Of a DNA stretch of 64,000 nt, positions 43,100 through 56,547 are shown in pieces (position 1 is the stretch's first letter; each line of letters begins with the position of its first letter). A program made the translations under genes and the position numbers. Where the stretch lies: assembly GCF_009914755.1 (NCBI RefSeq), contig NC_060945.1. One strand, 5' to 3'. The notes below the pieces were generated by a model. The model did not search any database. It was not told the origin of the DNA and saw only the letters and a list, made by a program, of their open reading frames with translations. The stretch is from the human T2T-CHM13v2.0 reference genome, Homo sapiens.

Positions 43100-43313
43100 T
43101 GACACTGTCCAGTAGAACATTCTGTGGTGTTGGTAATATTCTATAGCTGCACTGTCTAATGCAGTAGCCACTAGTCACACATAGCTATTGATCACTTGAA
43201 ATGTGGCTAGTGTGACTCAGAAGCTAAATTTTAAATTTGATTTATTTTTAATTAATTAATATTTAAATTTACATAGCCACATGTGGCTAGTAGCTACCAC
43301 AGTGAATGACTCA
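43100..43313. mobile_element. MER3 hAT-Charlie MITE
   Basis: ctgtccagtagaac...gtagccactagtcacac...cacttgaaatgtggctagtg...agccacatgtggctagtagctacc. Confidence 0.88.
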
Positions 43314-44552
43314 GGTCTAACCTATCCCACACTGCATCTCCATCAGTTTCCTACAACAGCAGCACTCCAGTCAAACTAGTAAAGAAATCTTACCTTTTGG
43401 CTTCTGACTTTGTTGAGGTTCTTTGCCTAGCTCAGGCATACACTCATAGTTTTTGTCCATTTCTCTAGGTCATTCTACACTTTATATTCCTAACTCATAT
43501 CCCACCTTCTGGAAGACTTCTGTTATCAGCCAAGTTCTCTGAAGTCTTAAGACACCTATTGCTATATCACCAATTGGGACAAATCACATGTCACTTGCTT
43601 CAGATGTGTGTGTGTGTGTGTGTTTTTTTCCAAAAGTTTTATAGTTTTTCTTCAAGTAGAGTGCATGCTTCTGAGGAGAAGAAAAATTTCTCATATCTTT
43701 TAAAAGACCTTGTTTTTTATATAGGTGTTCAGTACAATTTTGTTGAATTAGTTCACTGAATGCTTTGGAGATGTAGATGATGCAAATAAAGAGTGGAAAA
43801 ATCCATCAAGGCAAAGATGCCTGAAGGTAGAGTCACTGTGTGCCAAAAGATCACTTAAATATCTTAAAGAGAGGTCAGAAATTAATTTGGTGCTATCTTT
43901 TGGCAAATAAAGTGTTCTCCTTTTATGAATGAAACAACCAAAGTCTAATGATAGTGAATGATTTGCCAAGATCATATACCAGTAAAAGATGGAGGAGAAA
44001 CTGAGACCCAGGCCTTTGGCATTCAGCAGTATTCTATAGAGCAAGATGCTAGATAGATTGGGAACTCTTTAAGAAGCAAGAGAACAAGCCCAACAGAAAG
44101 AAGAAGAGGACAACAGAAAGGAAGCTCACAAAAAGAAATAGAAGAGAAGGTTTATGATGGATTTCCTTGATTTATTCAGATTGTGAAAACCTAACAGATA
44201 AATTTCCACAAAATTAAAGAAAATTCAAATATTAGATGGGTGAAGAAGTCCCTCCAATTTTAAATACCAGTAACTCATCATTTACCTGAGACTAGAAAAT
44301 AACTAGATATGCTTAAGATGCTTCTCCATTCTTGTTGGTCTCCGGTCTACATTCTTTCTGATAGGTACCTAGTGTGTATATTACACTTCACATGTGCATG
44401 GCATACTGCAGTGAATCAAGCAATCTGGGAGGGAAACCTTGCCAGAGGAGAAATCACTGAGAACATTTCCTCTAAGACTCCATGTAAAAATTGAAGAAAG
44501 TGTTAGAAAAAAAAAAAAGATAGCCGTCTCTACTAAAAAAATACAAAAAACA

Positions 44553-44917
<365 letters not shown>

Positions 44918-45759
44918 CTATCCAGTGGCAGCATCATAGAGGGATGATAAAATTCAACATTGCATAAGCGTCATATACCCCATATACCCACTGGACTCTT
45001 ATACTGGTACCTCAAAGCTGTCCTATCAGATCTGGCCTATTTTTCTTCATAGGCTAGAGTTAGGTAGGAAACAGAAGAAAGAAACTCTAGGATAAATAGT
45101 TAGATCTTTGTTTAGAGAAAGGAGATCCAAAAGTCAAAGAATTAGACATCCAGGTTGTGACTTGCTAAGCATACCCACTGGCTAAACAAAGCACTGGCAA
45201 GAACATTTCGACTACGCTATTGTTACTATACTAAAATCATTCTCACCTTTAAATTGGGAGAAACATGCTCGATAATCTTTCAAAGTGTCCAGTGTTCTAA
45301 CGTTCTTACTGAATGTGTACAGCATTGCACAAAGACCCTCAAATTAGTAAGACTACTTTACACAATGCCAAAGCCAGTGTGGTTTTCATGGGTTACAACC
45401 AACTTTTGCTCCTTAGTCATAAACTGGAACCTTTTCAAGTCATTCCATAAGTTCTTGGAAAAATGTCCGATCACCTTAATATGAATTTGTCTGAAAAACC
45501 AGATATCAAAACCAAAAGAGTGTCGAGACAAAATATATTTATATAGATAAGGAACACCTTCATCTTCAAGAGGAGCCACCGTTTAAGAGAACCAGCCTAT
45601 CAGTGGAGTCAATGGAGAGTGACTTCCAATGGAGAGTGAACATGTCAGCTACGGAAAATATAAAAACAAAAATCTGACCCATTGAGTGACCATGCCTGTC
45701 TACTACAAATATGGTGCTGTGCTTTAAGGATAAATATAAGTATCTTTTTGATAATAATA

Positions 45760-46010
45760 TTATTAATAATGTGCATCATGTGCTTATGATATTCCAAGAT
45801 ACTTTGTTAAATCCTTTTAAGGATTATTTTATTTAATCCTTACAATAATCTTAATGTACGTTATTTCTATTATTCTTATTTGATTGATGAGGGAACTGAG
45901 GAAAGACAATTAAGTTAATTGCCCACAACACATGGGAAGGGTCAGAGCTAGGATTCAAAAGTAGGTAGGCAGACTCAAAGTACTGATACTCTTAACTACT
46001 ATGCTATAGT
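45760..46010. mobile_element. MIR
   Basis: atttaatccttacaataatc...gatgagggaactgagg...agagctaggattcaaa...cttaactactatgcta. Confidence 0.75.
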
Positions 46011-46134
46011 TCACACCTTGAAGTCCTCAACATAATTATCCAGTTTTCTCCAGCTTTTAAATAATAAACAATGGTATTAAGAGGAAAAAATTGTGTGAGA
46101 ATCTCCATTTTGAAAAACTATGACTTCTTAAAGT

Positions 46135-46849
46135 GAATTCATAAATGAATGTTTATGCCCCCTGCAAAATTCCTATGTTGAAGCCTTAACCAAGCCTTAA
46201 TCCACAGTGTGGCTGTATTTGGAGATGGGAGCCTCTAAGGAAGTAATTAAAGTGAAAAAGAGTGGGTCCCTGATCTAATAGAATTACTGTCCTTATAAGA
46301 AGAGATGCTAGAGGCTGGGCATGGTGGCTCACGCCTATAATTCCAGCACTTTGGGAGGCCAAGGTGGGCGGATCACCTGAGATCGGGATTTTGAGACCAG
46401 CATGACCAACATGGCGAAACCCCGTCTGTACCAAAAATACAAAAATTAGCTGGGCATGGTGGTGGGCACCTGTAATCGCAGCTACTCAGGAGACTGAGGC
46501 AGGAGAATCACTTGGACCCTGGAGGCAGAGGTTGCAGTGAGCTGAGATTGTGCCATGGCACTACAGCCTGGGCGACAAAGCGAGATTCCATCTCAAAAAA
46601 AAGAAAAAAAAAGAAAAGATGATAGCTCTCTTTCTCTCTGCCCTATGCACTCACTGAGGATAGGCCTTTTGATAACTCAATGAGAAGGCAGCTATCTGCA
46701 AGCTAGGAAAGGAGCCCTCATCAGAAATTGAATTGGCCAGAACTTTGATCTTGACTTCTAGCCTCGAGAACTATGAGAAAATAAATTTTGGTTGTTGAAG
46801 CCATCCGATCTATGGTGTTTTCTTAAGGCAGCCTGAGCTGACTGAGACA
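46135..46849 (+). mobile_element. MLT1A/MSTD-like MaLR LTR split by an AluS
   Basis: gaatgtttatgccccc...gtatttggagatggg...gacttctagcctcgagaactatgagaaaataaa...gcagcctgagctgactgagaca. Confidence 0.85.
46313..46610 (+). mobile_element. AluS nested in LTR
   Basis: Full Alu; TSD aagaagagatgctag / aagaaaagatgatag. Confidence 0.95.
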
Positions 46850-47385
46850 GAAGCTTTAAACTGTAAATTCTCTTGTCAAACAAGGTGTTGTATATTTATA
46901 ACATGAAAAATGATTTTTAAAGATAGTCATTGAAGTGGAAATCTTAAACTAAAAACTTGTCACAGAACTCATATCTCTCCCCTCCTTAAAAAATATATTA
47001 TGAATCCCCAGTGTTTGTGACTCTTCTGTAGGAGAAAACTTGAGTTAACTGTTACTAGAACTCTCATCAGTAAAAATGTCACATTATTATGCCTATATTC
47101 AAAGATGAACTTAGCCAAATTATTTGTAAGTGGTGAAGTAAAGAAGTGGACACCTAGACCACTCCCATTGTTTCCAAATGTTTGCAGCAGGGACCCTTTC
47201 CTCTCTTCAAACAAACAAAAATATTATAGTATGAAGTTCTTTCAAAGAATGGAGTGTCACATTTAGTTAAAATAGAGATGAATTCAGCATAACTCTTAAA
47301 ATAATTTTTACAGTGTAAATTTTCCTTTCAGTTTCCATAGGCAGATTAATGTATAATTACTCTATAGACCACTAGAATATTCCAT

Positions 47386-47648
47386 TTCTTCTTCTTCTCC
47401 TCCTTCTCCTCCTCCTCCTCCTTCTTCTCCTTCTTCTTCTTCTTTTATTTTTTTCTGAGACACGGTCTTACTCTGTTGCCCAGGCTGAAGTGCAGTGGTG
47501 TGATCACAGCTCACAGCAGCCTTGAACTCTCAGGCTCAAGCAATCCTTCCACCTCAGCCTCCTACATAGCTGGAACTACAGGCATATGCCACCATGCCTT
47601 GCTTATTTTTTAATCTTTTTTTAGAGACTGGGTCTCACTATGTTGCCT
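47386..47648 (-). mobile_element. 5'-truncated AluJ with (TTC/TCC)n tail
   Basis: Polypyrimidine triplet tract 47386-47445, then AluJ to ...ctatgttgcc. Confidence 0.88.
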
Positions 47649-48045
47649 TCATAGTGTGCCATTTCACTACGTGGCTGGCAATTTTGTCTTTAAATGGAGA
47701 TGATAGTGTTGTTTATGTTATAAGTGGTCGTTATGAACATCAAAGGAAGTCATCCTCCTGAAGCCTTGAAAACTGTCAAGTTCTACTGAAATGTCATAGA
47801 TCATTATTACTGAGTTGTTTACTTTAAATGACCAATACCACATTTTGAATTTAAATCATGTGGTACTGTATTTTAAGGAGGTAGTAACCATGTAAGTTTA
47901 GAAGAAAAATTCAACATGCCCTGAATGTGTTTTTAAAAATAGATTACATTTTAAGTATATTTGGTGACAAAATATCTGTAATAAGTACAAGTTTTGTTAA
48001 GGCTATAATAAAATCATAAACCCTGCCTAATAAAGAACTTGTTCT

Positions 48046-48350
48046 GGCTGGGCACTGTGGCTCATGCCTGTAATCCCAGCATTTTGGGAAGCCAGTGCAC
48101 GCCAGATCACCTGCAGTCAGGAGTTTGAGACCAGCCTGGCTAAGATGGTGAAACCCCGTCTCTACTAAAAAACACACACACACAAATTGTCCGGACATGA
48201 TAGCGGGCACCTATAGTCCCAGCTACTCAGGAGGCTGAGGCAGAGAATCGCTTGAACCCAGGAGACAGAGGTTGCGGTGAGCTGAGATTGCACCACTGCA
48301 CTCCGTCCTGGGTGACAGAGCAAGACTCCCTCTCAAACAAACAAACAAAA
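48046..48350 (+). mobile_element. AluS
   Basis: 14-bp TSD aaagaacttgttct (48032-48045 / 48351-48364); (CA)n in linker. Confidence 0.95.
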
Positions 48351-48589
48351 AAAGAACTTGTTCTATGGGTAAAGTGATGAAAATTAATATGGCAGATTTC
48401 TGCAGAAAAGGGATATTTAATTTCAATTCAACCTGCATATGGTGAGTACTTGTCACCTGTAAGGTGCTGTGTCAGCTTCTGGGACATAAACAGAAAATTA
48501 TTGTGTATCTACTATTGGATTGTTTTATATGATATTTGGTGGTGATAGGGAAGGTAAGTGTTTTTAGGGACATTCAGGTAAATGGTGTT

Positions 48590-48946
48590 TGATATGCTTT
48601 GGCTGTGTCCCCACCCAAATCTCAGCCTGAATTGTATCTCCCACAATTCCAAGGTGTTGTGGGAGAGACCCAGGGAAATGTAATTAAATCACGGGGGCCG
48701 GTCTTTCCTGTGCTATTCTCATGATAGTGAGTAAGTCTCATGAGATCTGACAGGCTTATCAGGGGGTTCCCCTTTTGCTTCTCCATCATTTTTTTCTCTT
48801 GCCCCTGCCATGTAAGATGTGCCTTTCACCTCCCGCCATGATTCTGAGGCCTTCCCAGCCATGTGGAACTGTAGGTCCAATTAAACCTCTTTTCATTCCC
48901 AGTTTTGGGTGTGTTTTTATCAGGAGTGTGAAAATGGATTAATACA
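48590..48946 (+). mobile_element. THE1A-type MaLR solo LTR
   Basis: tgatatgctttggctgtgtcccc...ggccggtctttcc...atgattctgaggcc...attaataca; TSD gtgtt/gtgtc. Confidence 0.9.
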
Positions 48947-49425
48947 GTGTCCATTGATTGATCTGCAGCATAATATGAAAGGAATGAATTGGTAGAATAA
49001 GACAGCCTTATCAAAAAAACAGTGGAGTATTATCCTTATATACCTATTTCAAGGGCAATATTTGATTGCCAGGCACAGGCCTACTTTTCAAATATATGGT
49101 TCATGCAGCAAACAATAATTTTTGTTTTTTGGTTCTTGATACACAAAGCACCCAGTATCAATAATGATACACTAATAACCTAACAGAAAAGCCCTATACA
49201 TAACTTTTTTTCCTTTTCTTCCATGATGTTGAATCAGAGGTGCATTAAATCTGGCTCTTGTGACACTATTCCAGTTTTTATGTAAAAAAGCAACAAAATT
49301 CTGCTCAACAGGCAGAGGAATGAAAAAAGAAAATACTAAAAATGATTTTTGCTTAGGTACATATAACTTCTATGTTGTCATCTTTATTTTCCATCTGTAT
49401 CTCATTCTTTGTTTTCAGGCTGTAA

Positions 49426-49824
<399 letters not shown>

Positions 49825-51009
49825 TGACTTCCAGCTTAGGGAGAGAGCATGCCTGGGTGGGTCATTCCCTCCACTATTTCTATAGTTTTAAATGTGTTTG
49901 TTTTTTAATCAAAGTGCATTATTCTGCATTAGTCAGACCTAAGTGGGCAAATACATTCTCCAAATTCTGGAGGAAAAACCAACAAAACTCATAAGATGTG
50001 TTGATTTCAAAATATCAAGTGCCCTAAATTCATAGTTGCAGTGAAAACTATCACATTTGTTAAATGAAGGAGTTAATTATGTAAGATTCTTATGCCAGGA
50101 AGGGGAAAAAGAAAAATAAGTTTATTTTTTTTCCATATCTGTCAATTGAAAATATAAAGTGTTACAGCTGAAACATGAATATTTTAAAGTAAGAGCAAAT
50201 GCTTGTAATTCTTCTTGGGCAGTGGTTTCAGGCATGTCCTTTACTGGCAATGAACCACATGCGGGGAGAATCTATCTCACTGTGCCAAGGAGTTATTTAT
50301 GCTTGCCTTAGACGCCCAGGACTTGAGTTTATTACACATTTTTCTCCTCTTTTGCATAAAGTAGTCCAAATCTCTTTCCATTTACCTATCATATTTTTTC
50401 ATTTTAATCAGGTGCAATTTTGATTTTTCTCTTTGGGTTCATGAGTAATGTTTGCAAAATCAAATCAATGAAAAAAGACACTGTAATTTATATTTTCATA
50501 TTTTTTCCTGGGGTTCTTACAGAGAACACAGCCCCAAACCCAGGGGAAACTATTCCCAGAAGTGCAATGGAGTTGAGTATCATGATCTTCAAACTATCTT
50601 TAGTTTATACGGTTTATACATTGAAGAAAATAAATGCAATTGTGAATGCCTAATGGAACTCTCTGGCACATACTACTGGGTACTTATATATAGTCTGATA
50701 AAAAATTAAAACCAATTTATCAAAATGACAACACACTTGTTAATTTGGAACATTCTTAATGTCCATTTAAAGTGCAATACTCAGTAATTTATTCCATTTT
50801 GGAGATTTCAAGTTATCAGCATTTAGTACAATTTATAGCTCATGCTTAATTTTGCTATTATTTACTTTAGCAAATAAAAGGCATCTTACTCTGCAAAAAA
50901 AGTGCTGATTCTTATTTTATGGAGTACCTCAGTGTAATAGATTTAGTGTGGAAAACAAATTGAAAGCCTTCTACCACCAAATTAGAGTTTTAAACTTACG
51001 TTAGCTCTT

Positions 51010-51200
51010 AGGTGCGTGGCTCTCACACTTTAGTACCTTGAAGAAACAACCAGGAAGTTTGTTAAAAATGCAAATCCCTGACTTCTAGTCCCCAGGGACT
51101 CTTATCAGAAGGTGTGAAATGGAACCAAGTAATCTGCATTGATTTTTAATTATCACCCCTGAATAATTCTGTTTCTATGAAGCATTTTGAGATACTCATT
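51010..51200. mobile_element. MER5-like MITE
   Basis: gtttgttaaaaatgcaaatccctg...aatctgcatt...ttttgagatact. Confidence 0.5.
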
Positions 51201-53319
51201 TTGAGATAAAAGAATTTGTGTTTTTTGTACACAATGTCTTTTTTATATAAATTATTGATTAATAGCTTTAGTAATCCTAAAATTAATCAAGTGGATGATT
51301 ATTTTTGAGAATTTATGTGATCTTTTAAAAATTTAATTTTTAGAAATTGTTCCATTTTGTATTAACATTACAAATTGTGTCATTAAGACTAAACAAAAAT
51401 CACCAAATCAATAATTCACTTAATAGACTGTGATCTACATGGAAAGCTATACATATTTAAATTTGTCAGGTGTATCCTTTTCTTAAACAACATTATTCAC
51501 AGGGAAATTCAGATAATGAAACATATCATCAGAAAAATAAATACAACAAGCAGCTAATATTTATATACACTGAAAAGAATAGGCTGATTTAGTAGAGTAA
51601 TATTCTGTGGTGTTACAAAGACTTCCCAAAGAATATGGATTTTAGAAGTATGTTCAATGCTGAGATCTCATTCTGGCCATGTACTGCGATAATGTTCATT
51701 ACTACGGAACCAAAATCCACCTTGCTGTGAATATTCAGGCTTCAGAAACAAGCATATTCTAAGTGACATCATTCTAACTGATAACCTCATTTTTTTCTGA
51801 CAAGGAGCTAACAATGGTGTCATTATAAAAGAATGGTTTAAGAATTGAAGGAGATAATATATGCTGCTATTATGGGTAAGAGTGGAAGACCAGTGAGTCC
51901 CCTACAGAAAGTCACTCAATCCTGAAATATTTCCTCAAACAGAAAAGTCGGTTATAGAGGAATACTAGATGTCAACTGGTAGATAACACCTTAGACTTGA
52001 AATTACCATCTAAGAAGAAATAACAAAAAGACTTTTTCATGGTTCTTTATATCCCAGAGGCCATAGGAGAGAATCAACCTTATTAAAAACAAAAATGGAG
52101 ATGCCACACATATCGTCAAGGATATGAATATGGAAATAGGCAAGTTATAGGTATACAAATAAATTCTAGGCTCTAGGAAAGGAAAGGCAGAAGGGAAGAG
52201 AGACTCAAGCACCATCAAAGTATAGAGCTTCAGAGCAACATTCCTTCTCTGGCTCTTGGGAGATCTTGACAGAAGAGGGCAGTTCTTAGGTGTTGAGTGA
52301 CTAGTCGGAGAAAAGGAGAACGTTACAAGCAATTTCTAAGGAATTGGGAGCCCAGGGCATTCCTGCTCTTGAAGATACTATGGCAGGAACCTTAAAAGTT
52401 TCATTTTTTTCTGACATGCCATCTGAATTTGAAGAGCCTAAAGCAGAAGAACCAGAAAATTCAGTTACCTAGGTCTACATCCATTATCCAGGCAAAAGGC
52501 CATAGAATCAACTCTATTGGTACTGTTTATGTTTGCCAAATGAGCAATTTCAAATATTAAAACGACATCAATACAGGTTTCTGGAGAAGCTCACTGACAT
52601 TAACAGCATTGCCAAAAATGTAACGCAAACTTCTTAACATTTGTCATATTTAGGGAGTTCTATTTTTCAGTTCATTTTCATAGAGCTGGAAAAAGGAAAC
52701 ATAAATTGCTGTGGCAGTAGGGGAAGGAAACCAAAGTTTAGCGAAGGCTTATCATGGGTCTCACATTGTGTTATGCAGTTTATATATGGTCACATTTGGT
52801 AAGTTTAGGATATATGTGAAGTGTACTAAAGAAGCAAGAGATAACATGTGGTTTACAGACATTTCAAGGTTTAATAATGAACCTGCTATCTCAAACTACT
52901 TTACCAGTTTAACTTATTAATTGTTGAAATTTTCAAACCAACCAACCCTGAGAAGAGTCTGCGAATCTATACATTTTCACATACACATCCATTTACATTC
53001 ATTGGAACACCTTTTTGAAGGCTTCTACAACTATAGTTATCAGTCTTGGAAAAATAAAAATGATGTATTGAAATTTTCCTATAACTGTCATTGTGACGGT
53101 TGTGAGGAAGGTCAGGGCAAATTATACAACAACACGGAGCATGGGTTTTATTTGGGAAACTTACAAAATAAAATTACCTTGCAAAGGTTGGCAAGAAGCA
53201 ATGCATATCTCCCTTTTCTCAGCATTCCATAGAGAAGTATGCCAGCTATGAGCAGTGCAGCTTGTGCCCTGGTAATTCCACTTCTTACAGTGTAAGCAGA
53301 GAATGGCCCAACGGTGACT

Positions 53320-53790
53320 GTGTTAGCCTTAGTTTTCCTGAAAGCAGAGATGTTTGAGCAGTGTATTTGGGAGTGTGATTTCACGGGGGCAAGAACAAGA
53401 GATGGGCAAAGAAATACACAGAAAGAGAGCAAATGACCCAGTATAAGTTATCCATTTAGTCACTGACAAGTTGGCTGACAAGTTGCTCAACACTGTGGAA
53501 CAGCCTGAGTGGTATGACACATGTCTTGGGATCATCAGCTCAAAGGGAAAAAAAGGGGAAATATTCACCCATTGGCATCTGTCTCTCAATGGCCAAAAAT
53601 TGTCCCAGGGGGCATTAATTTACTCTGCAATTTCTATCAGTCTTCTCTTTGTGTGAGAGGCGTCCTAGCACAGGATCGAGGGGTTCTTATCCAATGCCTG
53701 AGGGGAGGTATTGTCAGATTGCCTTTATAGAAAACTGATCAGAGTTCATGGCTGGAATAACAAACGATGTTTGAGTAAGTGTATGATATG
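53320..53790. mobile_element. Old ERVL-type LTR relic (family unassigned)
   Basis: tgttagccttagttttcctgaaagcagag...tatttgggagtgtgat start motif resembles the LTR40/LTR78 group. Confidence 0.35.
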
Positions 53791-56409
53791 CAAATTTCCC
53801 TTCAGGTGGAGGGCTTGATGTTTTGGACTCAGTTACTAATAGGTTAGGTGCCAGCTGTCACAGCTCAGCTCCTGGAGACCTAGTGAGCCCATGGGAGATT
53901 GCAACATCTTCTCCTGGGAGCCACCCATCCTGTGGGAATTTGGTTTTGAAATGCAGCTGGAGTAAATGCGGGATTCCAAGATAGCTTGTCCATCACCAGG
54001 CAATGAAGGAAGGGCACTGAGGCTCACCTTTGGACTTCCTGGTTGACATCCCATGGTCAGGTCTGGATATTCAGTGTGTAAATTCATTCTAATGATATTA
54101 ATTTTAAGAATGTTTTACAATTTTTTTCTAATTAAGTATTTTATGCACATATTAGGAAAAAAAATTGATTTGGTAAACCTAATAAATTTGCATCGAACCT
54201 AATATTTTATGTTCATGAATTGTAAAGGAAAGCTTAGAGGGAAGATTCTCTGTGTCTTGCTTTTCAGAGAGAGACACAGGTATGGGTCAAAGGGCGCTTA
54301 GAACCTTCCCATCCTTAATACATTATGGAAAATATTGACTGCTCTTCATCTTTGATATCATAAATTAGAGTATTATGTTCATAATGACTATTTTCTATTT
54401 AAGGAGGTTTTTTGTGAAAAACATTATCTTTTTCTGAATAATAACTCCTTCAATGCTATCTATCTTCTCCCTCAACTGTGCCTTTGCAGCTGAATAACTG
54501 ATTCACCATACTACTGAACAACTTTTTGATGACTTGAATTTATTTATTTATTTTTTAAAAGCCAATACATTCATTTGCCATTCTTGTACTTCCTGTCCTG
54601 CTTAAAGCACTTTTTGCTATTTTTTTGTGATGTAAAATCAGTCCAGTTTATCTCCATTCAAGACATCTTTATTGAAAATGACTTGTCTCCAGGCTTATTT
54701 TGGTTTCCCTTTCCAATCCTTATGGACAACTGGTTAGCTAATTGAGTCACTCCCAAGCCCCACTTCTGTTAATCAGTATATGTAATAAGTTGATGGAGTG
54801 TAAACATTTATTTAATAAAGAGAATGTCACATCGGTTGAATGTCACTTACAGAAGTTACAAAAAGGAGCCATCCATTTATTCTTTCAACAGATATTTGTT
54901 GAAGCATAAGATGCATAGCATGCTATTCTCTGTGTTATGGGATATTTTAGGATGTAAAAGACCTGGCTCACAAAAACATGCAAGCTAATGTTACTAACTT
55001 CATTTTGTCAAGCAATTTGGTATGGGAAATAACCAGTGGGAAAGCAAGTGGGGAAAGAAAAATAAGTAGAAAGACTCTGAACATATGTTCAACACAGCAG
55101 GAGACAGTGTTATAGACCTGGGATCCAACTTGTAAAAAGAAAGTGTGTAGTGGCTTGCATTTTGAAAAGAACCCCATATGGGGAAATATACTTTGTGGCA
55201 AAGACACAACAGGGAGACCTAGATGAGATCATGAGTATTTTCTCTGTGGAACCACAGAGAAGAATTTAGGGTTAGGAAGCCCATTAGCAGATGACATGCC
55301 CAGGAGCAACACTTAGCCACTGCCTGGGCATTCGTAGTGGCTTGTGTGTGTAGGAAGCTTATAAAGCTCTGAAGATTCCACTCATTTGCCTTTGCATTTA
55401 GCATCTTCTGTGCAGAAAATTAGTTATGCTGCAGCCTTAAAATGTTAGTTATCTAACATTTTAGAAAACTAGCTACCTATTAGGTTATAGTAATTGTATA
55501 AAAACATAAAATTAACCACTAGCTAGAATCATTTTTAGGATTTCTTCACTTTTAATTAAATCTAACATCAATGTTATAAAACCCAAAAGAATACAAAAAG
55601 ATTTATTTTGCTAGTAAAATGAATTTTCAAATGCTTTCAAGTCCCTTGGGGACTAAAGTTCAATAATAATTAAAGTCTTTTCATACCGCATGTGGGAAAG
55701 GGCCAAACACCATGTTGAGATTTCGTGAGTCTTCTGTACCAGCAAAGAGAGGCAGTAGAAGAAAGAAACACTTCCCTGCTCTGCATTAAGAGAACTATTA
55801 GGCTGCCATTCATAGTGCAATTTTTTGCAGTCCTACAGAAACACATTTCTAGGTCTTTAGACAGTTGAGTTCCAAAAGGGTTTTGCAAGAATCAAATCAC
55901 ATGTGAGCTGAGTCAAAAATCAGGAGGTCGCTTTGTAGGTGAAGAATGTGGCAAACATAAGATCGGAATGAAAGCAAAATTGAGAGTCGGCAGTGCAGGC
56001 TTTTGGAGGCGAAAGCCCAAAAGACAGGCCAAGAAATGCTTTCGATGTTGGACCTTGGGGATAAAATGATGATTTGTCAAATTACTAACTAGGTGAAAAA
56101 AACAAAAGGACATTCTCCAGCCAGGATCATGGGACCAGAGGTGTTGCCAGGTCAAATGACATTACCGGGTGACTTATTGCTCTTGGTTTTTTCTTGATGC
56201 ACTTCATTTAAGTTAACATTTTCATTCTCTGTGTTGTATTTTACGTATAGTGGTTTTCTCTACCTGAAGATTTTTGGAGTATTTACTCAATGACTTGTTT
56301 ATAATTTGTTTCCTCCTCTTTCAAGGTGAGTTGGCTAAGAACAAGGACGTTTTCCTAGTCACCCACTGTCTCCAAGCTTGTGAACAGTTACTGATAGCAC
56401 TCAACTGTT

Positions 56410-56547
56410 TTTTTATTTAAAAAAAAAATAAGGATGAGGTCTCAGTATGTTGCCTCAGGCTGGTCTTGAAATCCTGAGCTCAAGTGATCCTTCCTCCTCG
56501 GCCTCCCAAAGTGCTAAGATTACAGACATGAGCCACCATGCCTGGCG
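56410..56547 (-). mobile_element. FLAM / free left Alu monomer
   Basis: Single left monomer; 13-bp TSD gcactcaactgtt (56397-56409 / 56548-56560). Confidence 0.9.

Noticed and set aside
55938-56070. Coding exon EECGKHKIGMKAKLRVGSAGFWRRKPKRQAKKCFRCWTLGIK
   Set aside because: Weak polypyrimidine tract, ends in a stop after about 42 codons, and no recognisable homolog
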